From Octopus vulgaris (taxonomy: Eukaryota), in assembly GCA_951406725.2 (NCBI GenBank), contig OX597815.1:165230001-165294000 (forward strand): a stretch of DNA of 64,000 nucleotides, given 5' to 3'. The notes under the pieces are model-generated. The model did not search any database. It worked only from the letters and a program-made list of their open reading frames with translations, and was not told where the DNA came from. Below, piece after piece: positions 45,503 through 57,032 of this stretch (its first letter is position 1; the number at the start of each line of letters is the position of its first letter). Both the position numbers and the translations under genes were made by a program.

Positions 45503-45592
45503 TTCATCTGAAGAAAACGGTCGGTTATTTTAAATAATGATATAATGTACTCATTAATCAATTAAAAACTTCATTGGAACAGCTGTAATGAA
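45503..45592 (+). ncRNA. Hammerhead motif, inverted partner of 45284-45371 (GAAAC reduced to GAAC)
   Basis: TTCAT CTGAAGA ... GGAAC AGCT GTA ATGAA. Confidence 0.6.
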
Positions 45593-45748
45593 TTGGCACC
45601 TATCCATCATTTGTTATATATATATAATGTTAAGTATAATTTAAAATGTATGGGCTATTTATGAAGTGTTCATAGAGAGCCAATGCGAAAAAATACAGAG
45701 TATATATATGTGTATATATACAGAGTATATATATGTGTGTATATACCA

Positions 45749-45883
45749 TATCACCTGAAGAAATGAAAGGATGAATGAAGACCCTCATGATGGCTATAGA
45801 TATTACGGATTGAACTGTAATCATACCAGGAATAAGAACTAAGGTGGTAAGAAACGTGATGTGTGGAAACGCGCGTAGCGATG
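45749..45883 (+). ncRNA. Hammerhead-like motif with ~100-nt stem II region
   Basis: TATCAC CTGAAGA ... GAAAC GCGC GTA GCGATG. Stem I has one mismatch, loop 3 is palindromic ACGCGCGT; stem II pairing is not obvious. Confidence 0.45.
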
Positions 45884-46180
45884 CATTAGAATATTTATAA
45901 ATTCTATCTATGGATTATTATCATTATTACTATATTTGTCCTACGTAATATCGGCACAGCTCGGTAGAACCCCATAAATTTGCTGTTACAAGTTGGTATC
46001 GTTAGGCAGGAGCCGGCATAATAAAATAGGAGCTTTTATATGGATATTCAAAAACGTTTCCCGTAAACTAACTTAGAGGATATATATATATAGTTTAATG
46101 TTTAAAATACCATAATAAAAAAACTTGAAAACCAGACCATATTTAAACTTTATTCAACTGATATATATACATATATATAT

Positions 46181-46650
46181 ATATAAACATATGCATATAT
46201 ACATACATATATGTACATACCTACATCTATATGTATATATACATGCATATATGGGTACAGGACATAAAAAAACGTAAGCACTATGAGAAACGAAAACATG
46301 GAAACAAACTTTTTTTCAAACAACGAAAGAACAGAGTACAAGATATACAATACAAGGAATATTCCTCTTCTTTAGTTGTCCCTGTTTCGTCTACTCCGCG
46401 TACCTTCGCAACGCAGTGTAGACGAACCAGGGAGAACTGAAGAAGGGGAATATTCCTTGTGTTGTATGTCTTGTACTCTGTTTTTCCGTTGTTTGAAAAA
46501 AAGATCGTTTCCATGTTTTTGTTTTTATGTTTTTGTTTCTCATTGTGTTCAACGTTTTATTTTTGGTGTCCTGTACCCATATATGAATGTATATATACAT
46601 ATAGATGTAGGTATGTACATATATGTATGTATACATGCATATGTTTATAT
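46181..46650. repeat. ~470-bp fold-back palindrome (arms 46181-46401 and 46411-46650), probably Penelope-derived
   Basis: gggtacaggaca / tgtcctgtaccc, cagagtacaaga / tcttgtactctg and caaggaatattcc / ggaatattccttg are reverse complements around a 9-nt loop. Confidence 0.9.
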
Positions 46651-46720
46651 ATTATTTATGTTATTAATTGATCGAACGCCACGCATCCATTTCCAAGTAA
46701 GTTCTCTCTCTTTCTCACAC

Positions 46721-46772
<52 letters not shown>

Positions 46773-47371
46773 CATATATGTATGTAATGTATGTATACGC
46801 AAATATACATTCAGAGATATATAAGAACACACACACACATATATATATATATTCACACACACACACACTCGTATATATATATAGACATACATACATATAC
46901 ATACACGGATGCATACATGCATGCGTACATATGTATATGTGTGTGTATGAGTATGTTTCGCTGAAATGAATGAGATAGATAATAATATACTTAGGATTAT
47001 GCTGTAGCATTATTTTGGAGTATTATAGATGTATCTAAGTATATAAATGTGATCGCACAGATAATAGTATTTCGGATGCCAGAGAATAGTGACGTCGAAA
47101 ACACCTTAGTATTAATTTAACAAGAGTTGCGTGATTTAGGTGAGCAGGTGTGGCTCTAAAGAAACAGACATCAATGGTCACTGAGAAGCTAAAGAGTACC
47201 AAAGAAGTAAAGGAAGAGCTTTCATATTTTCTGGTGGTTTTCATTGCATTTTAGACATTGGAAGTAAAGGCTAGGTTGGCAGTTGATAGAGAATTTCTTT
47301 TGATGAAACTAGGACACAGTATACGCATGCTTTCGTAGATTAAGACCACTCTTCAGAGGATGATATATTTA

Positions 47372-47900
47372 TTTCTTTATTGCCCATAAGTGGCTAAACC
47401 CAGTGCGCAACTGGTACTTATTTTATCGACCCCGAATGGATGAAAGGTAAAGTCGACCTCGGCGAAATTTGAACTCAGAACGTAACAATAGACGAAATAC
47501 CTCTTTCTTTACTGCCCACAAGGGGCTACACAATGAGGGGACAAATAAGGACAGACAAACGGATTAAGTCGATTATATCGACCCCAGTGCGCAACTGGTA
47601 CTTATTTAATCGACTCCGAACGGATGAAAAGCAATGTCGACCTCGGCGGAATTTGAACTCAGAACGTAATGGCAGACTTAATACTTATTTCTATTTCTTT
47701 ACTACCCACAAAGGGTTAAACACAGAGAGGACAAACAAGGACAGACAAACGGATTAAATCGATTATATCGACCCCAGTGCGTAACTGGTACTTAATTTAT
47801 CGACCCTAAAAGGATGAAAGGCAAAGTCGACCTCGGCGGAATTTGAACTCAGAACGTAACGGCAGACGAAATACGGCTAAGCATTTCAGCCGGCGTACTA
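47372..47900 (-). mobile_element. Tandem trimer of SINE family A
   Basis: Three units joined at ..gacgaaatac|ct(a)tttcttt.. type junctions. Confidence 0.85.
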
Positions 47901-48097
47901 GTCGGTTGGTTGCACACATCAGCAAATAGTCTTGGTTTAGTTGTGACAACAATGTCGAAAAATTTGCTGTTCCAAAGTTTCTTACGCTAATGAATCGTGC
48001 TTGTTATAAAAACTCATTCCCCTGAACTGAAAGGTTGTTTTCCATTGACGAAATACAATAACAATCAGTGCAGTCTCGTTCCAGTCTGCTGGAACGT

Positions 48098-48338
<241 letters not shown>

Positions 48339-48701
48339 AGAGAGGTTATGAGAGGTAATGGTGTCATTGAGACCCAAAGGTGTCAGGTCATGCTGAATAA
48401 GTGCTATAGATAGACCACAGTTAAGTTCCAGGTTGGGTGATTATGCGAATAAGGGGTTCAAAGTTGGTCATATGTCAGCGTGTGTATATAAATTTGTTTC
48501 GTAATGAGATAAAAGGACCAAGGCTGTGTAGATTTTAGAACATTTATAGATATGAATCTTGTATGTATACCATTCTGCCTAAAAAAAAAAAGGATCTACT
48601 AATACAATGTCCCTATACATCAAACATCTATTTTCTTTCCTCCACCTCACTCTCTATTTTGTATCTATTTTGTAACTATTACTTAACCATTTTCTCACAC
48701 C

Positions 48702-48749
48702 GTCTCCGATGAAGGGATATAATAAATATCCTGGAAACAGCTGTTAGAC
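48702..48749 (+). ncRNA. Minimal hammerhead variant (CCGAUGA core, GUU site)
   Basis: GTCT CCGATGA a GGGATAT aataa ATATCCT g GAAAC AGCT GTT AGAC. Confidence 0.6.
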
Positions 48750-48752
48750 CTA

Positions 48753-48981
48753 TTTTTTTACTACCCACAAGGGGCTAAACACAGAGGGGGCGAACAAGGA
48801 CAGACAAACGGATTAAGTCGGTTACATCGACCCCAGTGCGTAACTGGTACTTAATTTATCGACCCCGAAAGGATGAAAGGCAAAGTCGACCTCGGAGGAT
48901 TTTGAAGTTTGAACGTAACGGCAGACGAAATACTACTAAGCATTTCGCCCGGTGTGCTAACGTTTCTGCCAGCTCGCCGCC
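48753..48981 (-). mobile_element. Full-length SINE family A with 18-bp TSD
   Basis: aaacagctgttagaccta at 48735-48752 and 48982-48999. Confidence 0.92.
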
Positions 48982-51478
48982 AAACAGCTGTTAGACCTAA
49001 ATGTTCTAAAATTTATACAGCCTTGGTCTTTTATTTTTTATCTCATTACGAATATATATATTAGACCTAACAGCAGATGCAAACCACTGTTTTTATTTCT
49101 GCGTACAAGTACAAAACTGACCTTCCGGACAGTGGTGATCGGGAACCTCTGATGTTCAGTATGAATTTTCGAGCAGGAACTTCAAATTCTTTCGGATGCT
49201 AGACTAGTTTAGTAGCACCCTGCACTGTACTATATTAATACACTTATATCAAACACAGACAGAAAGATACACACACATAGATATACATAGATACAATGGG
49301 CATCTTTAAGCTTCTCTCTACCAAATCCACTCTCAAGGCTTTGGTCGGTCCGAGGCTATAGCAGAAAACACTTGTCCAAGGTTTCAGTCTCACGTAGTGG
49401 GACTGAAACTCTAACCATGTGGTTGGGAAGCAAGCTTCTTATCTGCGCCTTTGTACAATTATTAAGCGATTCCTGCCTAATTCTTCCCTTGTTAATCCTT
49501 CTTTATTTCCACCTTTTCCTCCTCATCATCTGCACTAGAGAGAATGATGATAATGACGGTGGTGATCTACATACAACGTCCCTAGTAGTGGTAATGTTGA
49601 TGGAAGTTACAGTGACGAAACATCTGTTTCAGTAGAGACAGTATACATTGTTCAGCTCACTCTCGCTTTCCCATATTGCTAAAATATGCAAATTCGCGCT
49701 TACTTTTTACCCCTCTCTCCCTCAGTTTGCCTGCCTGTCTGTTTGTCTGTCTGTCTATTTATCTCTCTCCCTCTCTTTCTCTTTCCTCCCCCTCTTCCTT
49801 CTGTGTTCATCTTATATAAATTATATTTACTCACATTTAAGCTTTATCCATTTTAGTGAACCGACATATATCCTATATTCCCAATTGTATCATATACAAT
49901 ATAGACCAACTGAAGGAGTTATTAACTTTGTTATTCTCGACCTCAAATTATTTTTATCTAGCCTATATATTTACATCCTACCCACCTTCACACTCACCTA
50001 ACCTCTACACCTCACGCACCACATTAAATGACATTTCCTGGCTGAAGCCCCAGCCTAGTGACAATTCTAATGATAACGTATTAAATTATATAATTTTGTA
50101 TAAATTTTTTCGTCTTATTTTATTGCAATTTATTTCTTATTTAAGGTGCCTAAGACGTGTTTTGGTGTTTCATTCTTTCTTGGCCTAGTTTTATAATATC
50201 CTTTTTGTTGCTGTGTGTATATATATATACATTTGTTCTGCATTTATTTTTTGCATTTTATCATTATGTTTTTTTACGATCAATGTTAGGAACTTTATTC
50301 TTTACTTCTGTGTATTCTGATGCTCTGGTGGTCTGGCTAGCATCTGTCTGTTAGTTTATCAACTGTCTTATCATCCCACCTCCTTCTCTTCCTCCAGTTC
50401 ATATTCATGCACATTTACGCACAAATACATTGTCTACCATTAACTTTTACCACCACTCTGTACGTTGCAGACGATTTATACAGGTTCACGGAAATGCTTG
50501 AGAACTGGTTTGTTCCCTAAGCAGACTTACAAAGCCGATCTGAATCGTTACACGAAGATATGAGATAGTGAAATGTGCTAAATTCCATACGATGGAATAT
50601 TTTACGCTTTTGGCAAGATGTCGATAAGCAAATCTCTCAAAATTGATAATATCTTTGCGAAGCTTTTCACAGATTTATGTGATATAATGTCGCGAATCTT
50701 TAAATATATGTGATGAAAATGATTATGCAACAACGGTTTCTAGAACAGGTATGTATAGTAGCACTTTATACAAAGGAAACAATCTAACAGGGACATAATT
50801 GGAAAATTCTGCTCAACGTCCAACAAGTAATGTAAAATCATTTCCGTTTATTCAGCAAGTTACAGATTCTGGAGTATCTTGGAAGTTTACAGTCTGATAT
50901 AAAATATGAATAATGTTACAGAAATAGTATATATTTTCATGTATCTGCTCATGCGCAATGATCCGGATGCCTATATTGTATTTAGGAAACAAAATCTTGT
51001 TCCGAGTATAAACTGTGGTTTTCCTATCTATTTAGTGACTAGATATATTCGGAGAAACCTACTGAAGCTACAAGTATGGTTGGGTCGTGAAGAAGTTAGC
51101 TTCAAGCTATGTGATTTCAGGTTCAGTCCTATTGCGTGGCATCTTGGGCAAGTAATACCTACTATATCCGCGGGCCAATCAATGTATTGTGGGTTTGCAT
51201 TTAAATCGCATTGCATGGCAACATGGGTTAGTTTGATCGACTAAACCCTTTAAGACAGAGCCCCGGCATAACCGCAATCCAATGAATGAAACAAATAAAG
51301 GAATATATTTTGTCGGCACATGAAGTCAATTGGCTTTTACTTAAGACGACTATTCGACTGAAGTATATTTCTGATATATATATTCTATTGATCTCAATAG
51401 TGAAATGAATGTTAAACCCTCTGTGTCCATGACACTAATCTCTCAGGGTCTGCTAAAACCATGCACAAACATCTAGAT

Positions 51479-51824
51479 CAGGGGTTCTCAACCATTTGTT
51501 ATCTATGGACCACTTTACTATTTTATTCTGATGGAGCCCCATAGCCATTTGATGTTTAAAAACTAGTTTTAAAGAAATTTCTTTCAGAATTCCTATTTTT
51601 GTTTTTCACACATTAACTTGTGTAGATTGAGCAACGTAAAATGTTAGAGAAAGAAACCTAGCTGCTTCTTGCAATGCACACCAATACATAGACCTAAAGC
51701 AAAATTTTTTCAGGGGCCCTTAAAATACTATTGTGGATCTTCAATTTACTATTTTGTTGTTTGGAGCCCACAAAATCTTATATGGATCCTCAGGGGCCAT
51801 ATGGACCTCGGTTGACAGCCACTG
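51479..51824. mobile_element. hAT (Charlie-like) MITE
   Basis: caggggttctcaacc / ggttgacagccactg; left flank atctagat. Confidence 0.7.
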
Positions 51825-52214
51825 CTTTTGATCAAGCAATGAAGGAAAATGGACCCACATTAAAGTGGAGTGTGAACGGAGAAGAAAATAAAACATTCTC
51901 CCGTAACTGAGCTAGGAACTCTATCGTTTTTACCAAATAACTGGTGCCCAAATATTCAAACGAATTGTAAATATAAATAGTATATAAAATATGTAATGCA
52001 TATATAAGATATATTATATTTCTATCATCTCTCTCTCAAGTTTTTCTGGAACAAGTGAATTAGCTCCTGAGATTCAGCGTGAAAAATTACATCAATACAC
52101 TAAATTTGAAAATTTTAACTTAACTTTAAAATTTAAAAAAGTGCAGCCAAACAGAGAATATCCTATATAAGCATATAAAACTGTGTTTGTGTTATTAAGA
52201 TATATTGATACTCG

Positions 52215-52253
<39 letters not shown>

Positions 52254-52287
52254 AAATCAAAATAAGCAACAGGGATATCCAGAGGTA

Positions 52288-52375
52288 ATGCAGTACGATC
52301 GTTTCAAGCAACTCCATTTAATCGAACAATGCAATCATTACATTGATTTAAATGCAGAGCAATCCTCAGCAGCAT
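52288..52375 (-). ncRNA. Type I hammerhead ribozyme motif, intact core
   Basis: Minus strand: ATGCTG CTGAGGA [long hairpin stem II] GAAAC GATC GTA CTGCAT. Palindromic ACGATCGT. Confidence 0.7.
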
Positions 52376-53716
52376 AAAGATGTTCTTTCGCCTTAGCGCT
52401 CCCTTATTAAATACCAGAAAATGCCAGTTGATCAATCTCCATAGACACCATCTAAATAGTTTATATTTAAGTATATAATATGTATAAATATTAAACTATT
52501 TCTATGTAATTTCTTTTCCCCCCTCTAATGTGGTAACATGTGGTTTATACTCAAAAGTACTTAAAGAAATTTTATCTTTTTGTTATAAGATTATTCTTAA
52601 TAATCTTCTTGGTAGCCCTAAATTTTAACTTTATACAATATAGCTATATTGTTTAAAATGGTTTTAGTAATTACTTTATTTATCCATTTCTTAAAGAGTT
52701 CCACTCTCCTGTTCTTAGTATTTATATTGGCCTTTATGCAAGTAGCCCTTCTAACATCAATATTCCTTTAGCTAATACCAGGTATTAGTATTTATTGATA
52801 CATGCTAAATAAGTTAATAAACATTTTTAGTTTATAATACTTAAATTATTATACATTTTCTATAAATCTTCTCTATTGATGTTAATAAGGTATAAATACA
52901 TTCTCATGGTTTTAGTGATTAAGCTATTTTATTCCTTTTCTACCTGATCATTTCATTATTTTATAATAGCCTTTATAAAATAAATCTAATTTTTGTACTC
53001 TTATAAATTCATACTTAGTTTATATAAAACAATACCGATATCTTCACAACTTAAAATAAACTGCGTAGATTATAATTTAATTAATATATAGTTAAAAGTT
53101 TTTTCGCCTCAGTGCTCCTTTATTAAATTACCAGTAAAATCCAATTGATCAATCTCCATAGATACAATCTAATAAGTTAATATTTAAGCATATAATATGT
53201 ATAAATATAAAACTATCTTCTTAATAACCTTCCGAGTAACCCTAAATTTTAACTTTATACAATATGGCAATATTGTTTAAAATATTTAACTATAGAACCC
53301 CATGATAAAAATTTCCCCTAATGGCTTGCCCCTTTAAATGTCAGCTAACTTCTTGATTTAAGATTTCCTTTACCAAATCTCATTATATTGTTTCAAATTA
53401 ATCTTGATAGTTTTCTGACCATACCCACTATGATTTCTGTCGACTCCCCCAGCCCCCTTCCTAACATACATTGTTCCTTGTTTTTTGGCCTTAGATTCTG
53501 ATATACAAAGATTTGATAAAACAAATCTACAAATTAAAACTGACCCAAGAAAACAGTGACAAGCTGGGATTTCTAACCAAGTCTTTCTTCCTGATAACTT
53601 AGTAGCTGAAGTGAAGACAGCATGTTCTTTGTCTATCTCCTTACATCCTTGGAGGTTTTAGGTGAAATCATACTAATGTGTCCATCTGCTTTAATTTCAT
53701 TAAACTATATGTCTTT

Positions 53717-53804
53717 ATGCAGCTGGGGATTGCTCTGCATTTAAATCGATGTAATGATTGCATTGTTCAATTAAATGGAGTTGCTTGAAACGATCATACT
53801 GCAT
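53717..53804 (+). ncRNA. Hammerhead motif, degenerate inverted partner of 52288-52375
   Basis: ATGCAG CTGGGGA ... GAAAC GATC ATA CTGCAT. Perfect 6-bp stem I; one core change and one stem III change. Confidence 0.55.
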
Positions 53805-53931
53805 TACCTCTGGATATCCTCATTGCTTATTTTGATTTTATTCACCTTATTTTGAAATTGTATGGATAATACCGTACTAAATTCTGGTGCCTCAACTTAA
53901 GTACCTAATTCATCTGAATTTAAATTTTTGC

Positions 53932-53965
53932 TATATATATATGTATATATATGTATATATGTGTG

Positions 53966-54041
<76 letters not shown>

Positions 54042-54053
54042 TATATATATATG

Positions 54054-54084
<31 letters not shown>

Positions 54085-54085
54085 G

Positions 54086-54156
<71 letters not shown>
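53932..54156. repeat. (TA)n-dominated microsatellite
   Basis: Direct reading. Confidence 0.95.
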
Positions 54157-54159
<3 letters not shown>

Positions 54160-54687
54160 TTGTGGTTGTCCCACAAAACCGCATGACAACCCGGTGTTGG
54201 TTTATTTAATTCCCAGTAACTTAGTGCCTCAGCAAAAGAGAACGCTAGAATAAATACCAGATTTTTTTAAAAAGTAAGTACTGGGGTTGATTTGTTCAAC
54301 TAAGCCATTAAAGGCGATGCCCCAGCATGGGCGCATCTCGTTGATTGAAACAAATAACAGATATTTATTTTTAAAAATGTTTTAATGAAACAACTAGTCT
54401 GGTAAAATTTTACGAAAAATGTGATCTCTCTTTTATTTTATATTGGTTAGCAAGAGGAGAAGAGGTGGTGGAAGCTGATCCTGACATTGGAGGACGGTGG
54501 AAATAATTGACCCATGTAACAGATCCAATTGCTGTTTAGTTTGAACATAGGCATTTGCACAAAAATAAAAATAAAAATAAAGTACTCGGATAGAGAATTC
54601 CTGCTGTTCTAGTCAACAAAGTGCCAGATTTGGTGAGTAAGGCACATTAGTGATGGCAAGAGAGAGAGAGAGAGAGAGAGAGAGACG

Positions 54688-54718
<31 letters not shown>

Positions 54719-55383
54719 GGGTGTCTGGTTACATACTTAAAAACAGCTGGTAAAGTTAGTCGTTTGTTGAAAACTAGTAATGGCTCGTTTGTTTTTTTGC
54801 CTTCTTCCAAATCTGTCATATCTGTTGGTGACAGTCACCTTAAAGATTTATCAATTACTTGTTATGGTCTTTAAATAAACCGCCGAGGAGTGTTTTAAGA
54901 AGCTAACAACCGTATTCAAAAGCTGAATATTTTCATTTTATTCTTTTTCACATTACAAGCATCATTAATTATCTTCAATAAATGTTTTGGCATATTCATA
55001 ATTGTTAAAACAAAATATAAATCAACTTATACTGTACTCACAAAATGTTGGCTTACCATAATAAATCAATACTTCCATCATCAGACGCTTGTCTCACTTA
55101 CTTGACTTTAGAAGTCAAAGCCATCCATCAACGGGTGATCAGGCCTGTTGATTTCTGGATACGACTAATCTGATAAGTTTTCTTCGAAATAGTGAACTAT
55201 TTGTCTGTTTTAACAGCGCTGTTAGGTGGAATACACTGTTTGAGAGAGTTAGCTCTGTGTGTCATGTGCATCAAATGTGATACACAGGACGGACAGAGAA
55301 GGGGAATATATCCCGTTTATGACATGTGATACACGGGGCATATTTCCCTGGCGTCCATGCATCATATATGATGCACATACGAT

Positions 55384-56172
55384 AGGCGCAGGAGTGGCTG
55401 TGTGGTAAGTAGCTTGCTTACCAACCACATGGTTCTGGATTCAGTCCCACTACGTGGCACCTTGGGCAAGTGTCTTCTACTATGGAAGCACTCCGTCGGT
55501 TACGACGACGAGGGTTCCGGTTGATCCGAATCAACGGAACAGCCTGCTCGTGAAATTAATGTGTAAAGTGGCTGAGCACTCCACAGACACGTGTACCCTT
55601 AACGTAGTTCTCGGGGATATTCAGCGTGACACAGAGAGTGACAAGGCCGGCCCTTTGAAATACAGGTACAACAGAAACAGGAAGAGTGAGAGAAAGTTGT
55701 GGTGAAAGAGTACAGCAGGGATCACCACCACCCCCTGCCGGAGCCTTTAGGTGTTTTCGCTCAATAAACACTCACAACGCCCGGTCTGGGAATCGAAACC
55801 GCGATCCTATGACCGCAAGTCCGCTGCCCTAACCACTGGGCCATTGCGCATCCACTGTCTTCTGCTATAGCCTCGGGCCGACCAAAGCCTTGTGAGTGGA
55901 TTTGGTAGATGGAAACTGAAAGAAGCCCGTCGCATTATATATATATATATATATATATGTGCGTGTATATGTTCGTGTGTCTGTGTTTGTCCACCCAACA
56001 TCGCTTGACAACCGATGGAGGTGTGTTTACGTCCCCGTAACTTAGCGGTTCGGCAAAAGAGACCGATAGAATAAGTACTAGGCTTACAAAGAATAAGTCC
56101 TGGGGTCGATTTTCTCGACTAAAGGCGGTGCTCCAGCATGACTGCAGTCAAATGACTGAAACAAATAAAAGA
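55384..56172 (+). mobile_element. SINE family B interrupted by a family D SINE
   Basis: Family B halves join across the TSD tgtcttctRctat. Confidence 0.88.
55484..55855 (-). mobile_element. SINE family D, tail type 2, 13-bp TSD
   Basis: TSD tgtcttctactat (55471-55483) / tgtcttctgctat (55856-55868). Confidence 0.9.
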
Positions 56173-56802
56173 GTATACCTATTTTTTTTCTGCTACCCGA
56201 GTATGAAGGGAAAGCTTCCTAAGCTCAGAACATATGAATCAATGGTCAATTAAAAGTCTGAAGAGGAGCATGGGCATTTAGGACAGGCTTATGAAAATAA
56301 TCTGAGACAAAGAGTTAAATAACTTGACCACGAATGGATACAATGTTGTATTAATGATAGGATATGAGCCACTGACCTTCTGAAAAATCTACCGGTAGCC
56401 TATCGCCTATCTCTAGTAACCGTGTTCTCATTACATCTTTTCAAAAGAGAAAATAAAAACCGTTTCAATCACTTTCATATATGTTGTAAACAGATTCTTT
56501 TCAATCATTCACCGTATTACCTGTCTTTCCAAACACCATTCAACGTATCCACAGAGCGAAATGTTTGGTAGCATTAATTTCGTCAAAATTTATTGAGTTT
56601 GATTTTATTATTACTTAATGTAATAGTCCACTTTAGTATCTAAAAAAATATAGAGAAATTAGGATGTTCAATATTTGTTTAAAAAACGTTTAGTTATAAT
56701 TTGTTTTAGTTTGAATTTATTATTATTATTGTTATTATTATTTTAGGGATATTATTTCGAAATTTTGCTTCTTCGTAAGTTATTAGCATGCGAGGTAAAT
56801 CT

Positions 56803-57032
56803 GTTTCTTTATTGCCCACAAGGGGCTAAACATAGAGGGGACAAACAAGGACAGACAAATGGATTAAGTCGATTACATCGACCCCAGTGCGTAACTGGTG
56901 CTTAATTTATCGCATCCGAAAGGATGAAAGGCAAAGTCGACCTCGGCGGAATTTGAACTCAGAACGCAACGACAGACGCAATACCGCTAAGCATTTCAGC
57001 CGGTGTGCTAACGTTTCTGCCAGCTCGCCGCC
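56803..57032 (-). mobile_element. Full-length SINE family A
   Basis: Consensus match; flanked by gcgaggtaaatc on both sides (TSD-like). Confidence 0.88.

Larger units (their letters stand above)
45261..45617. repeat. Imperfect fold-back palindrome (arms 45261-45436 and 45456-45617, 19-nt spacer), Penelope pLTR-derived
   Basis: Arms are reverse complements, e.g. gtcaattcattacagctgtttcc / ggaacagctgtaatgaattggc and catgtacatatttagtga / tcactaaatatgcacatg. Confidence 0.9.
48498..49052 (+). mobile_element. Penelope-like pLTR fragment with inverted ends (48498-48546 and 48998-49052), interrupted by a SINE
   Basis: ttcgtaatgagataaaaggaccaaggctgtgtagattttagaacattt is the reverse complement of aaatgttctaaaatttatacagccttggtctttt..atctcattacgaa; internal hammerhead motif. 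Confidence 0.65.
52251..53841. mobile_element. 1.6-kb AT-rich element bracketed by ~130-bp inverted repeats (52251-52380 and 53712-53841), each holding a hammerhead; probably Penelope-derived
   Basis: Near-identical inverted arms; internal direct repeat ~52385-52500 / ~53100-53217 continuing into ccctaaattttaactttatacaatat. Confidence 0.75.

Noticed and set aside
47318-47360. Minus-strand CTGAAGA-stem-GAAAGCATGC; similar degenerate strings at ~45100-45178(-), ~49910 and ~63656
   Set aside because: Core or stem I broken; possibly decayed Penelope hammerheads but not supportable individually.
47372-47900. Regularly spaced repeats suggesting CRISPR (also 38810-39560)
   Set aside because: Units are SINE copies or minisatellite without unique spacers; eukaryotic context and no cas genes.
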